Positions 1-13,257 of a stretch of 64,000 nucleotides of DNA are shown here, in pieces. Each line of letters starts with the position of its first letter. The stretch's first letter is position 1. The DNA comes from Octopus vulgaris. Lineage: Eukaryota. The notes under the pieces are model-generated. The model ran no database searches and was not told the origin of the DNA. It saw only the letters and a list, made by a program, of their open reading frames with translations. Location: NCBI GenBank assembly GCA_951406725.2, contig OX597835.1, forward strand, positions 19,654,001 through 19,718,000, given 5' to 3'. Both the position numbers and the translations under genes were made by a program.

Positions 1-264
1 CTGCCTATGTGTTTTGTGTTCGTGTGCGTGTTTATTTATATGATACTGTTTTCTGTTAATTTTTATATAGTAACTACTATGGTTCTTGCAAAGTTTGCTT
101 CCAATTTAATCGGACGACAGACGTGACAAATAATACGGGAATTATTACTGGAATATAATAATATATAATGTATAATAATACTGGAATAGTACGGGAATTA
201 TTCCAGGCTTTTATGAAAATTTGAATGTTGCTGATTGGAGGAAATGACACAATGGATTCATCTA

Positions 265-487
265 AGATCAGGCTAATATCGGTTTCAAATTTTGGCACAA
301 GGTCAACAATTTTGGAGAGGGTGTAAAACGATAACATCGATCCCCATGATCAACTGGTATTTAAGTTTATCGACACCAAAATAATGAATATCGATCTCGG
401 TGGAATTTAACAACAGAATGTAACGACTGATGAAATACCGCTAATAACTTTGCCCGGGGTGTTAAAGATTCCACCTGCTCACCGCCG
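265..487 (-). mobile_element. Degenerate SINE family C copy
   Basis: Reverse complement resembles the family C consensus (ggcggtgagc...ttccaccgagatcgat...tcgataaa...taccagtt...ccaaaatttgaaacc). Confidence 0.6.
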
Positions 488-1718
488 TAATCAGATATTT
501 TGTTGTGAGGATCATAGCAGCTGCATAGTTATAAATTAAATTGTGGGATTGTTTAAGGGATTAGAATTGTAAATCGAAGTAGAAAATACAAGCCATCTAT
601 GTATGTGATTATATATCTCGTAAGCTACTTTCTAAAGGTAGGAAAATGAAATTTCATTGTTGCTGTTTAACTAATAATTATTGATATTTTGATTATTCCC
701 GTTGTGAATGAAAATTGAAAGCTCAGTCTCAGGAATATCAACGAGAGAATATTTTAGATTAGACGTCAAATTTGTCACTTACATTGTTTGAAAAGAAGAG
801 GTAGAGAAAGCCAATGTTCTAGAATAAAAGTTGCATATTCCGTTCGATACACCTGTATTATGATCTTCTTCTGTTTAGAATATGTCATCTTCAGTGGCGA
901 CATAATATCCTCTGAACAAACAGCTAGACAATTCAAAGTTCAAGATGTTTACTTAACCAGACATAATTTGCAACAGTGTAACGAATTTTATCCATATTCT
1001 GCATCAAAACATGTGCTCCACTTTAGATTTCAGTCTGTATTAGTGTCTGACAAATACTTCAGTAAACAGAATAGTCTAGTGTGTTTGCTCGATTTCTAAA
1101 AGTTTGAAGGAAACCTTATGTTTTAACTAAAATTTCTTAAATCCGGATAACATTAATACCTACCAAGTATTATATTGCTGCTTGGAATTTGGATGGATGG
1201 CTGTGAATTCAAGCATGGCGTGAAAGGGGAATGGGAAAGGGCCATTGTTTCTGCATGTACGGGTCTTCTTAGTTTAGTTAATAAAATATTATTTTTTCTC
1301 ATTACTAATGTAGAAGTGATTCAGTTTAAACTGGTTACCGTTGAATAATCTGTGTGTGGGTGTTTGATGAATAAAGGCTCACAAAGGTTAAGCATTTTCA
1401 ACAGTTATTGATAGAACATTTAAAACAAAATAATGCCTGAGATATAAATGCTGTTAATTCATTTATAAATAAACTTGAATGAAATTAGGTTTGTACTTGT
1501 ATACGAGAAAGTAGCCACTATATGTGTATATGTGTCTGTATATATGTATGTATGTGTCTGTCTGCGTCCCCGTTTGTTTGTCTCTCTGTCTCTGTTTATA
1601 TATGTATATATATAGAAATTCGGGGTGAGTACTTGATAATTATAAGCACCTGTGTATTTTGTTTGGTGGTGTAGGTGGTGGAGTAAATTGATAAAAAAAA
1701 CATGATGCCAAGGATTCA

Positions 1719-1796
1719 GCGGTACATATGTTTCGGGCCTTTATTAGACAGATTTATAACAATGCATAATGTATGTCTGTGGCCTTCTTCAGCCGC
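1719..1796 (-). ncRNA. Minimal type I hammerhead ribozyme (mirror copy)
   Basis: Inverted copy of 2048-2125 in the left arm of the foldback. Confidence 0.78.
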
Positions 1797-2047
1797 GCAC
1801 AACAGCTTCCACAAGGACATGTGTTACATCAAAAATTCTTGGTTGGGGATGCAAATCCTCTCTTTCGCGTACGACATAATGCGGCAACAGCATAGAATTG
1901 AAGCGTCCATCTCTTTCTTCTCTCAATGTAGAGATGGACGCTTCAATTCTATGCTGTTGCCGCATTATGTCGTACGCGAAAGAGAGGATTTGCATCCCCA
2001 ACCAAGAATTTTTGATGTAACACATGTCCTTGTGGAAGCTGTTGTGC

Positions 2048-2125
2048 GCGGCTGAAGAAGGCCACAGACATACATTATCCATTGTTATAAATCTGTCTAA
2101 TAAAGGCCCGAAACATATGTACCGC
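2048..2125 (+). ncRNA. Minimal type I hammerhead ribozyme
   Basis: Stem I GCGG/CCGC, core CTGAAGA (2052-2058), stem II AGGCC...GGCCC, GAAA (2110-2113), palindromic stem III ACATATGT, cleavage triplet GUA. Confidence 0.8.
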
Positions 2126-2499
2126 TGAATCCTTGGCATCATGTTTTTTTGATCAATTTATATATATATATATATATATATATAGATAGATAGATATATG
2201 CGCGTGTGTATGAGCATGTGAAATCTTATGAATTTTCTGTCTTAAACATTCGCTTGTTGTATAATGTTCCAGTGAGTAAGCTGGTATTAAGAACATGTTA
2301 TCACCGTTATGAAATATTTAAAAAAAAAAAAAGAAAGGAAATGAAAAACGAAAGAAAAAGGAGTTAATATTCTCTCCTTAAAATCAATTTTGGGCGGAAT
2401 GTAGGGGATTAAACGGAAACAACAATGTCCGGGAAACATTCATTGAAAATTAGGAAGACATGAGTTATTTAATGTACGGTGTAAATCATATGACAGCGT

Positions 2500-2885
2500 G
2501 GAGGCGCAATGGCCCAGTGGTTCGGGCAGCGGACTCGCGGTCATAGGATCGCGGTTTCGATTCCCAGACCGGGCGTTGTGAGTGTTTATTGAGCGAAAAC
2601 ACCTAAAAAGAGCTCCACGAGGCTCCGGCAGGGGATGGTGGTGATCCCTGCTGTACTCTTTCACCACAACTTTCTCTCACTCTTACTTCCTGTTTCTGTT
2701 GTACCTGTATTTCAAAGGGCCGGCCTTGTCACTCTCTGTGTCACGCTGAATATCCGCAAGAACTACGTTGAGGGTACACGTGTCTGTGCAGTGCTCAGCC
2801 ACTTACACGTTAATTTCACGAGCAGGCTGTTCCGTTGATTCGGATCAACCGGAAACCTCGTCATCGTAACCGACGGAGTGCTTCC
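2500..2885 (+). mobile_element. tRNA-derived SINE family A, full length
   Basis: Pol III A box TGGCCCAGTGG and B box GGTTTCGATTCCC; TSD atgacagcgtg at 2490-2500 and 2886-2896; near-identical copies at 14.4 kb and 59.9 kb. Confidence 0.9.
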
Positions 2886-3037
2886 ATGACAGCGTGCTCA
2901 GTAGAAGGAATTTGGTACCTTCAGTGGTCATCGTATTGTTTCCTTACAATGATAAAATATTACTTTTTGATAATCCTAGAACTAACATGTTTTCAACAGC
3001 GATTTAACACCGACTGGTAGCAAGGCCAAGCTACTCC

Positions 3038-3074
3038 AGACTGATGAAGAGCAACTACCCTGAAACTAGTCTCT
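3038..3074 (+). ncRNA. Minimal type I hammerhead ribozyme motif (solo pLTR relic)
   Basis: aga-CTGATGA-agagcaactaccct-GAAA-CTAG-TC-tct: canonical core, palindromic stem III ACTAGT, GUC triplet. Stem I is only 3 bp and stem II has one mismatch. Confidence 0.6.
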
Positions 3075-3402
3075 ATATGCTAGCTTTGTTGGGTGGAGAT
3101 GATTATTTCTACTCTATGAAAACTTAAGGACACAGAACGCTTCTGTCACGTAGACAACTACAGACGGTGTTTTTTAGGGCTAAATAGCAGTGGCATTCTT
3201 CCCTTTCCTGGGATTACCACATTAAATTGGCAACAAACCATCACTTTAAAACTAAAGGTTTAAAAGAAATTTTTTTTAACTAGACAACGGCGGTGAGTCT
3301 TATATATGTTTTTCAAATTCGTAACGATTTTCTATTTAAACATGGACTGGTTAAGTTCACAACTCGATCGATTTTCATTTGGTAATAAGAGGGCATTCAA
3401 AT

Positions 3403-3477
3403 ACTCTGTAGAGTTAGTAAAATGCGTTGAAAAATAAAGTATTTATTTTTCAACGCATTTTACTAACTCTACAGAGT
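3403..3477. repeat. Perfect palindrome, 36-bp arms, 3-nt loop
   Basis: actctgtagagttagtaaaatgcgttgaaaaataaa-gta-tttatttttcaacgcattttactaactctacagagt. Confidence 0.95.
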
Positions 3478-3585
3478 TTCTTCGTTTGTTCATAGGTATC
3501 AATTATGTAGGCTATATATAGACATGTTTCTGATTTAGTCCTGTATTTCTCAGCGGATATATATATATCTGTGTATGTATGTATA

Positions 3586-3910
3586 TCATCATCATCATCA
3601 TCATCATCATCATTTAGCGTCCGCTTTCCATGCTAGCATGCGTTGGACGGTTCAACTGGGGTCTGTGAAGCCAGAAGGCTGCACCAGGCCCAGTCTGATC
3701 TGGCAGTGTTTCTACGGCTGGATGCCCTTCCTAACGCCAACCACTCCGTGAGTGTAGTGGGTGCTTTTTACGTGCCACCGCACAGGTGCCAGACGGAGCT
3801 GGCAAACGGCCACGGACGGATGGTGCTTTTTACGTGCCACCGGCACGGGAGCCAGGCGAGGCTGGCAACGGCCACGAACGGATGGCGCTTTCTACGTGCC
3901 ACCGGCACAC
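3586..3910 (-). mobile_element. Retroposon 3' end with (GAT)n tail and ~55-bp internal tandem repeats (RTE-related SINE/LINE tail)
   Basis: (CAT)n at 3586-3612 adjoining a GC-rich body; three copies of ggtgctttttacgtgccaccg(g)cac. Confidence 0.6.
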
Positions 3911-4128
3911 GTAAGGCGCACTCACATTCATATGGTTGACGGACACTGGAAAAGGTCTGTGGTGTGTATGTATCTATATATACTCTCACTAACCTGATAC
4001 TTAAGCTGCATTTGTGCGAGCGTGGTATTTTAAAGAAAATGACCAAAACAAATATTCATAAAATCATTATTTGGAACATAGCACAACTTTAAACACTCAG
4101 GGCCGGTGAAGATAGAGTTTTACTTTTT

Positions 4129-4740
4129 ACCACCAAGAATATTAAAGGATTATACATAAAAAATGTGTCCTACTTCGATGTTAGGAGTACGATAGAATCA
4201 CTTTTAAGTTATTTTTACGAAATTTCTATAGAATTTAGAGTCAATACGATATTTATGAAGTTTCATAATCAAATACGCCTTCGGAAACTATGCAATCGTA
4301 GACAGAAAAACTAGTAATTAGTGTATAGGAATATTCCAGGAGTTATTGCTCCTTCTTCAGCACGATATCCACTCCATTAACACCCACAGACAATTTGCTT
4401 CAATAGCCACAAAGTTTATCGGTGTAACGCTATTGGAAAGACAAATATCCATATTAAACATATTCCAGGCAAGATTTGCACCATTAATTGATGGTTGAGT
4501 CGCTTCATTTCGATATCCAACTACATTATACAACCAACTACATAGAAACGTTTTTATAGACCTATATTTGTATCTTAGCTCTCATTGTTAACATATACGT
4601 ATTCTTATGAAAAATGTCGTGGTTTTAGGACTAGGACTATATTCTGTAGAAAATCTATTGAAATAATTTAAAAATATTTCACTGCTACCCCAAAAGTAGA
4701 ATATTTGTTTTGAATTATAAACCTTTATTATACTTGGTAG
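4129..4740. mobile_element. Old MITE or foldback element with long diverged inverted arms
   Basis: ccaccaagaatattaaaggattata...tttctatagaatttag (4129-4240) aligns by eye with the reverse complement of 4630-4740 (ctaccaagtataataaaggtttata...ttttctacagaatatag). Confidence 0.55.
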
Positions 4741-5213
4741 AATATTATGTTTGCAAAACGAAGTACAATTAGCCTACCAGAAATTAATATGTACGTAACA
4801 TTGTTATACTGCTAAACGTAGTTAATATTTAAGCAATGTTTTCAAGGATTGGCAATAGGATGGATGTTAAGCTGATGGCCATGCAATTACCCCTGAAATA
4901 TTGATATACACTCAGCTGCTCTTTTCAATCGTCGCAGGTTTCCTTGGTGGGTCGAACTTTTAGAGTAAACCTATAGAGATAAGTTAAACACTAAGAACAA
5001 ATTCCCTATAAAGAAATATTTGTAACATACCAGGAGTCCTCATCACAGAAAAATTTTGATTCGAGTACTATATCTTTCATCACGTTGAATGAAAATATTC
5101 AATATATCCTTCTGACCAGAAAACTCAAATTACGAGACTATATCTGTCTGGAAATTAAACGTGGCAAAAATCTGACAATATTTTAAGAAGCCGTATGAAG
5201 CTAACGACCCATT

Positions 5214-5219
5214 CACACA

Positions 5220-5296
<77 letters not shown>

Positions 5297-5489
5297 ACAC
5301 ACTGAGAGTCACACACACAGACACACATACACACACACGCACACATACACACACCCATACACACACACTGACACACACACTGAGAGACACACACACACAC
5401 GCACACATACACACACACATACACACACACTCACACACACACACACACACACACTGAGAGACACACACACACACGCACACATACACACA

Positions 5490-5521
<32 letters not shown>

Positions 5522-5537
5522 TACACACACACTGAGA

Positions 5538-5620
<83 letters not shown>

Positions 5621-5662
5621 AGAGACACGTACGCACACACTGAGAGACACGCGCGCACACAC
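5214..5662. repeat. Compound (CA)n microsatellite with periodic ctgagag interruptions
   Basis: Direct inspection. Confidence 0.95.
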
Positions 5663-6170
5663 AAATTCCATCAGGGAAATGTATGTCTGTCTCTGTGTCT
5701 AGTGGGGTGGGCAAATTGTGTAGAATCGAAGTAAAGATATAGACAAATAGATGGAAAGAGTAATGACAGACTAATAAATAAATTGATTGGACTTATCTAC
5801 TATACGAACTTTACAAAAGCTGTGATAATTTGCACAATAAACGCAGAAATATTTACGAGTTATTTATTCAGATCTTAAAACTCCACAGTGTCATTATTAT
5901 TAAATTTCTCAACGTAGAATACGCACACATGATCAGATATAAAACTCCGGTTCGGATAAGCACAGACATAAACACATATACACGCCGAGATAAGTTGTGA
6001 TTTCTTTTTTAATCATCATAAAACAACATTAAATTTCGCTCTCTGACTTTTTGTGTTGGATTGAAATGCTTCCTTGGTTTAAATCGATTTTTCAAAGAAA
6101 TAAATTCAAGTCATTATTCTAAAAATATTGTTTCGTATTTAATAATGTTAATAAATAAGCTTAGCAGTAA

Positions 6171-6638
<468 letters not shown>

Positions 6639-7040
6639 GTTTGTCTATTATGAAAGCCTCACGGTTATTTCTTAATTAGCAGCTATTCTTTACTTGAAAG
6701 CAGGCAACAACAAATCACCAACGGTTTCAAAGTAATGCCTTCTCCTGTGACTCAAACAGACAATACTCTCCTTAAAATGCGAACCGTACACAACAATGCT
6801 GTCTCCTGGATCACCTCGAGCCTGACAGCAGCTTCAATATTCTTAATATGTTTCTCAAAGCCCTTGAAAACTGCGATGGTTGGCATTTCTCAATTTCTTC
6901 TGTTTTCTTACCTTTTCCCTCGAATCGCCTGGTATTGCAACATCCATTATCTTTACCTTTTTTTAATCGTTATAGACGAGCACAATATCTTGTCTCGCGT
7001 CAATGATTTAGTTGGGTTTTGCTTAATCGCACAACAGCTA

Positions 7041-7118
<78 letters not shown>

Positions 7119-8420
7119 CCGTATTGTCGTGTCTCTTTTTGTATTCACGTTGTACGAGCTTACAGCACTTACTAACAATACAACTTATACTTTTTCGCTA
7201 TTCAGAGCACATCCTATAATGCCTCGAGTCAGTGCTTTTATCAATGTGGTATTTGGAGTAGTTTGTTCTGAGAGTTTGTTCTTGAGCGCTACACACTAAT
7301 GACTCAGTGGGCCATTTTAAGACTCCTTTCTGCAGCCCTTGCCAGGTTCTATTCCAATCGTTTCTTTTCTCTTCAAGAACTGACTGTGCATTTTCTTTTC
7401 CTGCCAAATTTTCATCTGCTCTGTCTGGTCTTCCGTAAATTGTATTGGATATACGGCTTTTTTTCACTTTGAAGGTTTCCTGCATTTTCACTGTTTCAGT
7501 AATTTATTATTTACTCCCTTTGAGATACAAAGCTAGGCTATTCTCCTCTTCACGTACACAACCTTCACAACACACCAATCTCCGTCCTTTTATCTTTACG
7601 TAAAATCTTGACACATCACTCTTGGGCTGTAGCTCCTTGTTCATTGACTATAATTTACGTGTTCTCCAGTCTATCTCTTGTAATTCATGCTTTTTCCAAA
7701 ATACTATTCCTGCTTCATATCTCATCAAAGCAATAGCCCACGTGTTAATTGCTCTACTCTTATAGCGGCCATTTAGCTTTGATTGGAGCACAAGCAAGTT
7801 CTCCACAAATACCCTTTCCTGCTGTTTTTTTTAAATCTTTTCTTCATTCATCTTATCTCTTTCAATGATACCAAGGTAGTTATATCCTTCTTCACTGAAT
7901 TCCTTTATAGTTTCACCACTTTCCAGCTTTTATCACATAGCTTTTACTAATTTTCATCCTTTTGAGAATAATTACAACACATTTCTCGATGCGACATTCC
8001 ATGCCAATATCTTTGCTAATCATCTTCACAATTTCCGTTAAGCTCTCACTTTCTATTACAGTCATGGCGAATAGCTTTAGGTCTTCCATAAACAACAGGT
8101 TATTTACTTTCACCCTGCCTAGCATGTATCCCATACGCATCTTTCATAAAACGCTTTCATAAAATGCAGACGACAAGTAGGAGAGACGACAGACCGTCCC
8201 CTTCAAAGATTCCACTTTTGATATTTACCTCTCCCAGCTTATCTATCCAAGATGTGAGTTCTGTTCGACACGCTGTCATTCAGTTTTGTATAAAATTCAG
8301 TATATCGTGGGAGACTTTAAACAGTTTAAGGCATTCAATAATCTATGATTGTGGGACCATGTCATATGTTTTCCTGTAGTCCACCCATGTCATCACCAAA
8401 TTTTTGTTTTTCTTCTTGCA
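6639..8420 (-). mobile_element. Decayed, 5'-truncated R4/Dong-clade non-LTR retrotransposon (RT plus restriction-like endonuclease)
   Basis: Minus-strand peptides: WVDYRKTYDMVP, GIFEGDGLS, KVNNLLFMEDLKLFA, TESLVCSAQEQTLRTNYSKYHIDK, IMDVAIPGD, QETALLCTVRILRRVL. Flanked by (TAA)n, interrupted by (TA)n at ~7042-7117, with many stops and frameshifts. Confidence 0.85.
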
Positions 8421-8488
<68 letters not shown>

Positions 8489-8515
8489 TACTATTACTAT
8501 TATTATTATTATTAC

Positions 8516-8549
<34 letters not shown>

Positions 8550-8568
8550 GTTATTATTATTATTATTA

Positions 8569-8599
<31 letters not shown>

Positions 8600-8712
8600 C
8601 ATTATTATCATTATTATACCATTTTTAGATATATTTAGAAATATGCATCCTCATATTCAACATTTCTCGTTTTCTTCTACTATCACTACTACAACTACTA
8701 GTACTAATAATT

Positions 8713-9005
8713 CTACTGATCTAATTCTAATATTGGTTTCAAATGTTGGCATAACCTGCGCGCAGATAAATGTTTTTGCGAATTAAAGTGCGGCTTACAA
8801 TGCGTGAGGTGTCTAGGCCAACTGTAGCAATCTTCATTGCTAATGCCATTTGTAAAAGTCCACGGCCTACTTTTTTTTCTTGGCAGATAAGGCCGTTCTA
8901 TATCTGCCTTAGGGTGGTGCATTCTATGCATTGTCAACAGTTTTCGTATTTTTTCGTCAAGATTGCATATTTCTGTAATGAGCCAGTTAATGATATTGAA
9001 ACTGT
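8713..9005 (-). mobile_element. Fragment of a second R4/Dong-like family
   Basis: LTMHRMHHPKADIERPYLPRKK matches the R4/Dong post-RT motif (HPKADxxRLYLPRxxGGRGL); bounded by (TAA)n. Confidence 0.75.
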
Positions 9006-9015
9006 ATTATTATTA

Positions 9016-9097
<82 letters not shown>

Positions 9098-9220
9098 CAA
9101 TATCATATTCAATATCATCAACATCATTATTATTATCATTATTATTATTATTATCAATATCATTCAATATCATCAACATCATTATTATCATTATTATTAT
9201 TATTATTATCATTATTATTA

Positions 9221-9294
<74 letters not shown>

Positions 9295-9672
9295 TCCGCC
9301 TATGCGAAGGCGAAGGTTTTGCATTCTGTCGTGTTTGAAGAAGATGATGATGATAATGATGATCTTACTAGCACAAGAAGAAAATGGGTGATAATGATAA
9401 AGTTACAACAGATGCTTGGTGTCTCTTTATAACCTTCAAGAAATATAAAATATGCATTTGTATGTTCATAGTCTTTATTAGTTCTTTATTATTGCTTTGA
9501 AGTTTTTATTAGTGTTTATTAGTTATTTGCGTTTACTGCTAATATCCATAGTGGTGTTAGTGAATTATGGGTGTTAGACATCTTTGAAGTCTTTAAGAGG
9601 AGGTTTTACAGATTGCAGGCATATAGTCCTTATTATCACACATATTTCAACCTACTAAACTATGAACCATTA

Positions 9673-10010
9673 TTAGCTCCACCTTCGCTAAGGCGGAGGT
9701 ATAGTTTTCACTGGTGTTTATTTGTTTGTCCGTGGACAAGATATTTCAAGAACTGCTGGATGGATTCGGATGAAACTTTCACTGATGTTTGGCCTCGTGA
9801 CTGGTGGCAAGAAATTATTAGGCTTTGGAATTGATCCCGTATCTCTTCATTTACTTAATTTTTGAAAACGGTCGGCTTCATTTTTAGCATTCTCGTTTGT
9901 GAGAACAGTCGAGTTTATTTCAGATAATTTCATTTTATAAACCATCTCTGGTTAATCTATGACATTGGTGTTGCCTTAGCAGAGGATTGCGTTCTCTGAA
10001 TGGTTTTGTT
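9673..10010 (+). mobile_element. Helentron-associated (HINE/DINE-1-like) non-autonomous element
   Basis: 5' ctccaccttcgctaaggcggagg inverted motif, tttg repeats, and a 3' ccttagcagagg sub-TIR followed by a short hairpin and T-rich end; paralogue at 25466-25798. Confidence 0.6.
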
Positions 10011-10603
10011 ATTACTATTACTATTATTATCATAATGATGATGATGATGATGTTGATAATGGTGATGACTATGATGGCAATAAGGACGATCATGATAACG
10101 AGTATGACGACGATAAACCTGATGTTGATCACAATCATGGTGCTCATCAAGAATATGATGAAGAAACTGGCAATGATGATGTTGATAAAAAGCACGGTGA
10201 CGATGATGTTGATGATATGAATGCAGACGATGATAGTCATATTATCATATAAGATCTTAGTGTTTGTTCCTTTATTTTTTACACACACACATATATATAT
10301 ATATTATCTTTTTGTCTCAAAATATCTTCTTCATATCACAAATTCTTCAGATTTTTTGTTTTTCGTTCTATCTTAGCTCTGTTTGCCTAGTTAGTTTTGT
10401 TTCTCCGAATAATGAGGAAAAAAATTTCAAAAGTTGCGAAGACATATGATTATAAAATATACGTACATATATATACAGAGAGAGAGAGAAAGAGAGAGAG
10501 AGGGAGATAGAGAGATAGATAGGTAGATAGCTAGATAAATGCGTGTGTGTGTTCACGTTTGTGCCTCTATGTGATTAAATATTTATCTATCTATCTATCT
10601 ATA

Positions 10604-10653
<50 letters not shown>

Positions 10654-10786
10654 TGCACATATATGTATGCATACATTTAAGTATGTACATATGTATGTAT
10701 CCAAATAGACAGAGGGCAAGAGTGATATATGTCCATGAATATGAGTTTATCTTTTATGTATGTGTATTTATATTTATATATATATA

Positions 10787-10897
<111 letters not shown>

Positions 10898-12774
10898 GCG
10901 CATGCTCAGACACATAAACTCACGTACACGTACATATAGATAGATAGACAAACATATATTTACATAAATACGTTTATGCTATAGTAGCCATCGTCATCAT
11001 CATCATTATTATTAATTTTATTTTGGGTTATTCTTAGAATTTTTATCATCATTTTTATTGATATTTTAAAAAATTGTTTGTTGTTGTTTTTGCTGTTGCC
11101 ATCGTCGTCGTTTCTTGAGTCAGCATGTTTCCTAAGAGTGAAATGCTGAACTGTTTTGTTTTGTTCGCTTTTATTCATTTAGTTATCTATTTAGTTTTTT
11201 GACATTACCTTGTAACATTTTATTTATTCAGCATTCTTTTATTTCATTTTTATACTTAACGCCGCACGCAGTTTTCAACTATTTCTTGAAAATTGACCAA
11301 CAAAAACAAATAAAGAACAATACTATATGAAAATAAAGCTGAGTATAAAAAGCAAAATTAAGAAACCACACATATTTTATTTCCATATATGTTTTTTTTT
11401 TTTTTTCAATCATTTATCATAAAATCATTTACTTAACTTTATATCTGATATACAATGTTTCTGCCAGATATTTTAAGATGAAATAAATTCTTTTTAAAAA
11501 TTCAGAAATCATTTTGCCAGAATCTTCTTAGACTCATTGTTAGATAATATTATGTTTCTATGTTTTATCGGTTTTTGAAATTTCGTTTTTCCACTATTGT
11601 AAATGAAAATTCTAAAATTTCGCTTTCACAAATAATTTATTTCTTCACAGATTTCCAACATGTTCAGTGTGGTGGAAATTTAATATCAGTGCTAAAATAA
11701 ATAAAATTTTTACAGTCCTTAAATCACCAGAAACAAATTACGAAGATCTTGGAGATTTAATGAGTTTATCTCTTCTTGTTCTAAAACATTTGGAAGTAGA
11801 AGTCGTGGAGAAAAAGGGGTGGATGACTGAAAAATGTTGCGATGGAGATGGTGGTGAAAATGTTTTTAAAATATTGTTGAATAATTTGGGAATTATAGAA
11901 GTGTTAGGTAGAAATAAATTGTTTCAACGTTATAAATAACCGATTGGTATAAAGTAATTCATATAAAAAATATAATATAGAATACCAAACAATTCTTCAA
12001 TTTTTATTTCTTTTTCCTTTCGTACGTTTTTAGTTAGCACTGCTATTTTGTGCATCGTCGACAGAGATACTGAAGTATCATCAACTACCTTATCTGTAGG
12101 AATCACCTGGGTTTGGTCATCTCTTCTAAATGATTACAATCGGGAGTTTGTAATTTAATGTATACATATAACTTGAAATTACATAGACTGAGCTGTTTAA
12201 CCGTTCAGATAAACAACTGACATTCGTGGGAATGCATTCTTTCCGAGAGGGAAAATTACAGCAGCACTGTTACTTAAAGTCAGAAGTATTTGTCCTTACG
12301 TAACAGAGGTACTGAGAGTTTTACCCTCATCACGCTAGTATATGTTTCCACATTATTACCAATGCTATTTTAATAAAACATCTAGACGCTTCTACCAGTG
12401 TCCTCTGTATTCCACTTAAGGGTCTGTCCTCTATCATCTTCAAATTTAGTGAAGCATTTCTGTTAGTGACACCGAAAATTGAACTGAACTGATTTTCTTT
12501 AAATTAATAATTAAAATAATATTATTAATTAACTAACATTGATTTTCCTAACCATGCAATTTTCAACATTATTTTACAGTAAATATAGTAAGACAATGTG
12601 GCGTGTTAACAGTAGGCCTGTCTAGCAATACTAACACATAGTAATTATTCTGGTTGCCGCATAAAGCTTCCTGGTATAAATTAGTTAATAGTCACTAAAT
12701 AAGTGACAATCTGTCTCCATACTTAGCAGTTTCTTCTTAATGTTTTTAGATTTCTTGTAGATATTTCTCGTCAT

Positions 12775-12970
12775 TTACTTACTTCAGTCATTAGATCGCG
12801 GCCATACTAGGGCACCGCTTTTGAGAATCTTATTCGAATGAATCGACCCTATTACATTTTTGCTATGTCTGGTACTTATTCTATCGAGGTCCTGCATCGA
12901 AACACTGTTACGAGGACGTAAACATAATGACACCGGTTGCCAATCGAATGCTTGGGAACAAACACAGAGA
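12775..12970 (-). mobile_element. Old partial SINE family B copy
   Basis: Diverged match to the family B 3' half (tcagtcatt...gcggccat...gcaccg...tacttattctatcg). Confidence 0.65.
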
Positions 12971-13004
12971 AAAGAACGTACACTCACGCACACAAAGACA
13001 TACT

Positions 13005-13226
13005 CTTACTCTTTACTCTTTTACTTATTTCAGTCATTTGACTGCGGCCTTGCTGAAGCACCGCCTTTAGTCGAGCAAATCGACCCCGGGACTTATTCTC
13101 TGTAAGCCCAGTACTTATTCTATCGGTCTCTTTTGCCGAACCGCTAGGTGACGGGGACGTAAACACACCAGCATCGGTTGTCAAGCAATGCTAGGGGGAC
13201 AAACACAGACACACAAACACACACAT

Positions 13227-13257
<31 letters not shown>

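Larger units (their letters stand above)
1616..2160. mobile_element. Foldback Penelope-like (pLTR-derived) non-autonomous element in (TA)n
   Basis: Inverted arms 1684-1914 and 1930-2160 (231 bp, 2 mismatches seen), a 15-nt spacer, a ~70-bp unpaired extension on the left, TA repeats on both sides, and a hammerhead fold in each arm. Confidence 0.75.

Noticed and set aside
1702-2142. Twin 117-aa ORFs on opposite strands
   Set aside because: They are a by-product of the palindrome; there is no recognisable domain, and the sequence is better explained as ribozyme-bearing pLTR.
2500-2575. tRNA-like sequence (also at the other SINE A, B and C heads)
   Set aside because: SINE heads with A and B boxes but no complete cloverleaf, continuing into SINE bodies with TSDs; not tRNA genes.
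3760-3910. Repeated ~24-bp motif with ~30-bp spacers, superficially CRISPR-like
   Set aside because: The spacers are similar to each other, the context is a eukaryotic retroposon and there are no cas genes; it is an internal minisatellite.
4868-4915. ctgatgg...cctgaaat hammerhead-like remnant
   Set aside because: Core and stems are too degenerate to support a call from one copy.
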